Positions 57,911 to 64,000 of a stretch of DNA of 64,000 nt are shown in pieces. Source of the DNA: Vairimorpha necatrix. Its lineage: Eukaryota. Made by a program: the position numbers and the translations under genes. Within the stretch, counting starts at the first letter, position 1. Every line of letters starts with the position of its first letter. The notes beneath the pieces are model-generated. The model saw only the letters and a list, made by a program, of their open reading frames with translations, made no database searches and was not told the origin of the DNA. The stretch is taken from contig CP142736.1 of NCBI GenBank assembly GCA_036630325.1, forward strand, positions 806,001 through 870,000, in the 5' to 3' direction.

Positions 57911-60900
57911 AAGAAGGGGTGTAAAATACAAGTGAAGATTAATATAATAAGAAAGAAACTAACGACATATTAAGAAATAAGACAAGTTTAATAATATAGC
58001 ACATATTTAAAAAGTATATTTTTTAAACTAAAGTGAGTGTTTTATATACATGGTATGTAAAATATATGGTGCATTTTTATGTCACACGACATCCTTCCTT
58101 TACCTTATTAAGACTCCATTGAACTTCCACATGTCATCGCAATAGCAGCCGAGTCATAGGCGTAAACAAACAAATGACGAATAAAAAAATGTCTATTCTA
58201 GTGAATAATGTCAGAATATGGAAAGCTGTACCAGAGGCCAGATTTCCATTAAAAAATGAAATGTTTGACATTTATTAAAAATAAAACATAAAAGGACGAA
58301 ATTCTAGCCACTCACCGAGCAAGAAAAACACAAGAAGCAATAAACATTATAAAAACAAGCCGAGCGTCCAGGGAGGCAGCTCGCACTATGTCCGCACACA
58401 AGATGGGCTTTTATTAATAATAAACAAGTGAAAGACTATTGAAAAGAGGTTATCGTCCATGTATAAATTGAACAGCGGGAAAAATCTGTGCCTGCTTATT
58501 ATGTCACCTTTACAATAAGAAATAATATGATACAAAAAGGCTGTATCTACCTATTATAGATTATTAGATGGGCTGTCATTTATATTAAGGAAATATGTCT
58601 TGTCTTTAAAATACTAACAAAAATTTAATACATTTTTATAAACCTATAAAAGAATTAATAGGTTTGTATGAATCGTGTATAGTCTATCAAATTGATGTAG
58701 TCATTTGTGATTATTTATTATAGTTAAGGCAAGATGTCATTGCAGACTTGAAAAGATACAAAAAAACTAGAATAATTGAGAATATTAATAAATCTGTAGA
58801 GTAAGAAGCAATGTCACGACATAATAAAAAATATAATAATTAAGATGGGAAGTTGGATTGAAAATGAGAAGCCGAATTAAATTAATATATCAAAGAAAAA
58901 TGTAAAAAATCATACAATGAATAATATGTGTTGATAATGCATTTTATAAGATCCGATAGAATAAAAAAGTTCATAAAATTAAAAGTTATGTAAGAACGAA
59001 ACTTGCAGCCGAAAATCTTTAATTTCAAATTTAAAATTTGTTATAAGAACTTTTAGGTGTATTCAGCGCAGTGATTTAAAATAGAGCTCTATATTGGTTC
59101 AAATTACAAAGACACCAAAAAGAATCTGATTTCTATGATGCAGATGGAACAAGTTAGACGATTCACATGTCTACTATATTCAAAAAGTTGAATTTATGAA
59201 ATTATGTGCATTCGGCCACAGGGGGGAATATCATCTATGTAGAAATCCAAATTTACCTCAAAAAAAACTGTCTTCCTTTAGTTATAACTTATTTATACAC
59301 AAAAGTATCTGAAGATACGGTCTAGTTTGAGCCCATGACTAGTGCACTCTAGAGTGGGATTGCAGAATTAACTAAAAGATTGGACATAGTAGGGCAACGA
59401 AGATTTCGTGGACCCTTTTCTATAAAATTCTGTTACACTATGGTCAGAACTGGTGGTCAATGCAGTCCAATAAAAATACCAAGAACTGGATGTTAAGTTA
59501 AAAAAAAGTTTCTGTAGATGCAGATAATTATTGGGATTTTGGGGCTAGTACGATGATATCGCTGCTCGGGCTATTAAAACCATGTCAAAAAAATATATCC
59601 GCTGCGGGGCCACACTGTACGTGATTTGAGGTATAAATGGAAAGTGTTCTTTTGGAGACAAAGTCCATTAGGGCGTGGCGCTGTACTGACAAGTTTATAG
59701 TGGGAGTTTAATAAGTAAGAGTTTCACAGTATAAAGTGGAAAAGATGTACTTCAAAATTTCCTTTCTTATGTAAAGTTTCCTCTACCTCTTGCTTGCAAA
59801 AATAATAGATTTATTTTATTATGGCAAAATACAACCAGCTAAACTTTCTAGATACCGTTTTGTGTTACACCAAAAATTTTTATACGCAAATATGAAAGTA
59901 AACCTTACTTTTACCGAGTTTTATAAAACATCATCAAATATTTCTGTTTATTTTAAACAGTTTCTCATTATATTGTACAAAAAAATTACAATCATCTTTA
60001 AAGACCTACTTGGTACTTCGTGGGGTTCTAGTTACATTAATTATTTATTCAAACAACATAATTGATTTTACAAAGTCTATAATAGTAATATTTATAGTGT
60101 TTAAATACCTGTTAGAATAGTAAAGTCTGTAAAGAGTTAAAATGTCTTGTGTTTCATTTCTATTTGCAAAGTCGAAAATTAAAAAATTTTAACATGGGAA
60201 AATAAAAATATGCGGAGAGTTTATTTTAAAATTTTCTATTCTTTTTAAATAAGAATATCTTGATATCGAACGACGAAATACTCCTAATATTTACGCATAA
60301 CGTCTTTAAAATCCGCATTGAAAATTTTCGGTTATTCGCATATTTGAATTTCCGAACAGCTATACCTATTAATTTCTAAGCCGGCGCCTGTTCGACACAA
60401 ATAGGCCTTCGTATGTCTCAATGATCTCGGGCTAACATAAATTTTCTTGCTATGCGTATCGATCAGAACTATTTATGTTTCGCCGTTAAATTTTAGATAC
60501 AAGATCGGGTGTAAATTAATTTTTTAAACTGGTATGATGCTTGTTCTTTTAATAAAAATTTTGAACAAAACTATCTTCTGAATAATTAAATATTTTCATG
60601 TTTCTGCATTTCTAAAATTAATACTATCGCTGCTAGACATTATACGTCTCAAAATCTTATGACTTTTCAATATTAATTCTAGACGACGCAATCTGGACAA
60701 ATACGAATAGTAATTAGATCAACGGAACATTAATATCGAGTTAATGTTTCATATATTAATATAAATTTACCATAATCATTTTAAAAAAGGTAAAAAACAA
60801 ATAAAATGCAACAAATACTTTACTGAGCTTTACGTCAACACTAATATATTTTTAGAATCTGAACGTTATAAAAATTATAAACTTCTAAGCAATTGTATAA

Positions 60901-60953
60901 ATCAATTTTAAAAATAAAATAATGAAATGGTTTAATATTGTAATTTTATAGAG

Positions 60954-61874
60954 TTAAAATTTTTTCTTAAATTTACATTTTAACATAGCTCGTTCCACGA
61001 TTTTAATAATATTATTGGATTTTATAGTTATCCAATATAGATCATCAAAATAATATTTCAAATTCATATGAATTTCATCCAATGCAATCTGTATTAACTT
61101 TTTATCATTTTTACTAATATTTAAAAGATATTTGTATTCTAAAAAAATTTTGAATGCCTCGAATCTATCAACTATTTGGAATTTTTTATCAAAAGTGTCA
61201 ATTCTGATGGGTAAAATTTTAAAAAATTCGATCACTTTGTGACAATCAATTTTGTTACAATCATATTTAGTTCCAGTATAGTAATGTAAAATTTTAAAGG
61301 CTTGCTCAAAAAAATCTAATTGATCTTTTAAATTATCTGTATACTCGTCTGTAGGAATATTTTGCACTGCTACTATGATAGTATTAAAATGTTCATTTAA
61401 TTTAGTATACAACCTTTTCCTTATATAATTTATAGCTTCTCTTTCCTTTTTATAATTACATATTCTATTTTGACGCGAATTTACAATAAAAAATTGTTTC
61501 ATATTCTCTTTATTGTTTTTTGCTTCCAAATCCCAAGTCTCAGTTTGTTTTTTTAATTTTTGCATCAAAGATTTATAATCAGTTAGATCTTGCAAATTTT
61601 TACCGTCAATAGTAGTTGTATTGTTGTTTTCGTCGTCAAAATCTAAGTATAATTTATTATCATTATTGAGAAAGAAAGAGAAAGACTCTTGTTTATTATC
61701 TTTTTTATTAGTAGTTACAGTTTCATGATGAAGATTTTCATCATGTATACCGCACTTTTTTTCTCTTATTCTTTTTAATCTGTTTTTTTTATGAATAGTA
61801 ATTGGAGATAAGTCTGTATCATCAGTTTGCATTGTAATTTCTGTACAAATTATGAAAAAAATAGATTGTAACAT
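60954..61874 (-). CDS. Lineage-specific putative secreted protein, 306 aa
   Basis: Hydrophobic N-terminus, ttacccatacATG start context, K/N-rich helical body; no recognised domain. Confidence 0.7.
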   Translation of the reverse strand: MLQSIFFIICTEITMQTDDTDLSPITIHKKNRLKRIREKKCGIHDENLHHETVTTNKKDNKQESFSFFLNNDNKLYLDFDDENNNTTTIDGKNLQDLTDYKSLMQKLKKQTETWDLEAKNNKENMKQFFIVNSRQNRICNYKKEREAINYIRKRLYTKLNEHFNTIIVAVQNIPTDEYTDNLKDQLDFFEQAFKILHYYTGTKYDCNKIDCHKVIEFFKILPIRIDTFDKKFQIVDRFEAFKIFLEYKYLLNISKNDKKLIQIALDEIHMNLKYYFDDLYWITIKSNNIIKIVERAMLKCKFKKKF

Positions 61875-64000
61875 GTATGGGTAATTAAAGATTAATTTTG
61901 TATGTTAATCTATATCTAAAAATATTTTTTTGATCAAATAATAGCTGATATAATTAAAAATTAAGTTCCAAAAGTGACACATAACAAAAATACAAACACT
62001 TAAATACATTATTATTATATAACGTTTTTTTAGCAAATTTAATGTAAAAGTGAAGAATAAATGTATACGAACTAAGTTAAACCATATGGTTTTTACAACT
62101 TAATCTACAATTAGACGATAAATATTGAATAAATAGAGCACAACGAAATGTGCGTTTTTCAAAATTAAGAACAAAATCCCCATGACTTTAATTTGGCTAG
62201 ATCAAATTTTTGTATATAATACAGTATAGAGTTATAAAATCCGGTGATTATGTCATAATGTTCAAACCCCCTTTGTTTTTATCATATAAATTTACGAGTA
62301 TTTGTATGCAAAATACTATAATATGTAGCAAAATATTTTTTTTATTTTGATTAAAAATTAGTACAATAATTTTAATTGATCAAATTACTGATATCAAATA
62401 GTTTACTCATAACAAATTTGATCTTTGAATAGCGAAGAACTTCACGAAATTGTATCGCGCCCCAACAGAGCAAACAGCGTAATCACCTTCTTGAAGGTAC
62501 ATAATATGGCTTTTAACGTTACACTATTAACAGCACTTACAATACTGTGTAATGCGCTTATAAATGTAATGTATTACGGGCATCCCGTATTCATAAATCT
62601 ATAGTTCATTTAAACAAGTTCATCGGATAATAATTATGCTCTTGGTTGTTTATGTTTCTATCAATTTCTACAATTGTCGTTTAGTTTCATAAAATATCAA
62701 GAAATATGTATTTATATCGATCTTTTGATTTGACTCGTAGACAAAATAAATATCTGTAATCGTATGAATATAAATTACTAAAAGAAGAAACATTTGCCTA
62801 AAACTAGTACAAATCCTTCTAATAGATACCTTATATATAAGATTGACAAAATGGTTGTAATGTATAAACATATTTTAAACAACTTAATATAATTTTTTAT
62901 AAAATCGACTCGATTTGGCTATTATTTAATCTATACAATAATAACTATGGTATTTTATTAATTAAAAGGATTGAATAAGGAATATATAGTAATAAATTGT
63001 TGTTTTCTATACCTTTGAAGAGAAGGTGTTGAATCTACATCGTATTATTATAAATTTTATTCATAAGGCAATTATATAATTCAGATTTATGAAATAAAGC
63101 TAAAAAGAATATTGTTTTTTGTTTGCTTCAAATTAATAGTAGATATATTTCTGTTCCTCATTGTTGAATATTAAAACATTAATAAATAAAGCCTTTAGAG
63201 GTTAAACGTCTTTTAAAGTTCCATCGTATATCTTATTGTGCTTAATGAACACTAATAACAATATTATTCAATTTTGTTCATCGCGTTTTGTATATGAACT
63301 TTGAAAAATAATTTAATCCAGAAATATTATTACGAGTGAAAAAAATTCTACATGGCTCGAAATTTTTTATTAACTTGGATTTTTTCCTATTAGTTTTTTA
63401 TCTATAAAAATACTACATACATCTTTTTTTTTAAACAATCAATTTAATTGAAAGATAAATAAAAGAAAATAATCTTTTTTACAGAATGTATTGCTTGTAT
63501 AAAAAAAAACTAGTGTATTCGTCTCGAAGCTTCTTTGCTGCAGCTGTCTTATTTATATAAATGTTTTTAACAATAAAAAAACACACAACAAATATTTATT
63601 TAGTTATTTGCGTTTCTGTTATCATTTATTTCTTATATTTTTGTATCTTAAGTATACTTGTAAATTCTTTTTTTTTGTCTTCTAAATTTCACGCATTAAT
63701 AAAATCATACAATTTTTAGTTCAATGTTCTGTATCCCGTTAATTTGTTTGAATCGATAATATGCATGCTGATCGTATTATTTTCGAAGTTAATACACTGT
63801 AAAATAAATTTAGTTTTAACACAAAAGCCAGAACCCAAGGCGATTGTTTTCAAATGGTTTAGTAAAAGTATTATATTTATACGTATTCTCTTATTGATAT
63901 CCAATTTTCTATTTTATTATATAAAATGAGGAATTGGCATGTATTAGTTTGGAGCGTTCAAGAACAATTTGACATTTGAACAGAATTAGACTAACAACAA

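Noticed and set aside
6704-63929. Numerous short antisense/overlapping ORFs in the track (e.g. 6704..6949, 15943..16293, 22463..22795, 33806..34132, 47782..48168, 59790..60065, 63716..63929)
   Set aside because: Shadows of real genes or chance AT-rich ORFs, mostly with non-ATG starts and no CCC/GGG start context.

Overview
Very AT-rich eukaryotic DNA from a microsporidian, most likely Nosema/Vairimorpha-type. Evidence: compact intron-less genes, a CCC/GGG motif just upstream of most start codons, and divergent TBP, Ran, RCC1 and Cet1 proteins. The window has two zones. (1) ~1-33.4 kb is a gene-poor accessory zone. It holds at least nine co-oriented members of a family of ~90-100 aa signal-peptide + 2-TM microproteins, a Merlin/IS1595-like DNA transposon (26-bp TIRs, 8-bp TSD) and three Ty3/Gypsy LTR retrotransposons, one nested inside the 5' LTR of another. 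(2) ~33.5-58 kb is a core-gene block: mucin-like secreted protein, Elongin C, tRNA-Arg(TCG), Rmd5/Gid2, TBP, Na+/H+ antiporter, ZPR1, LisH/LUFS protein, RCC1, Arc1-like, L-type lectin, Ran, Cet1 with a degenerate Cet1 paralog, and a thioredoxin-like membrane protein. A fourth LTR element interrupts this block. The retroelements are the most unusual feature. Their LTRs are only 49-179 bp and contain the host-type start signal and the Gag ATG. One element carries a second, separately signalled Gag/zinc-knuckle ORF downstream of pol. One 3.2-kb element has no recognisable protease. One has no tRNA primer-binding site. All calls are from manual reading of the sequence; no database searches were run.
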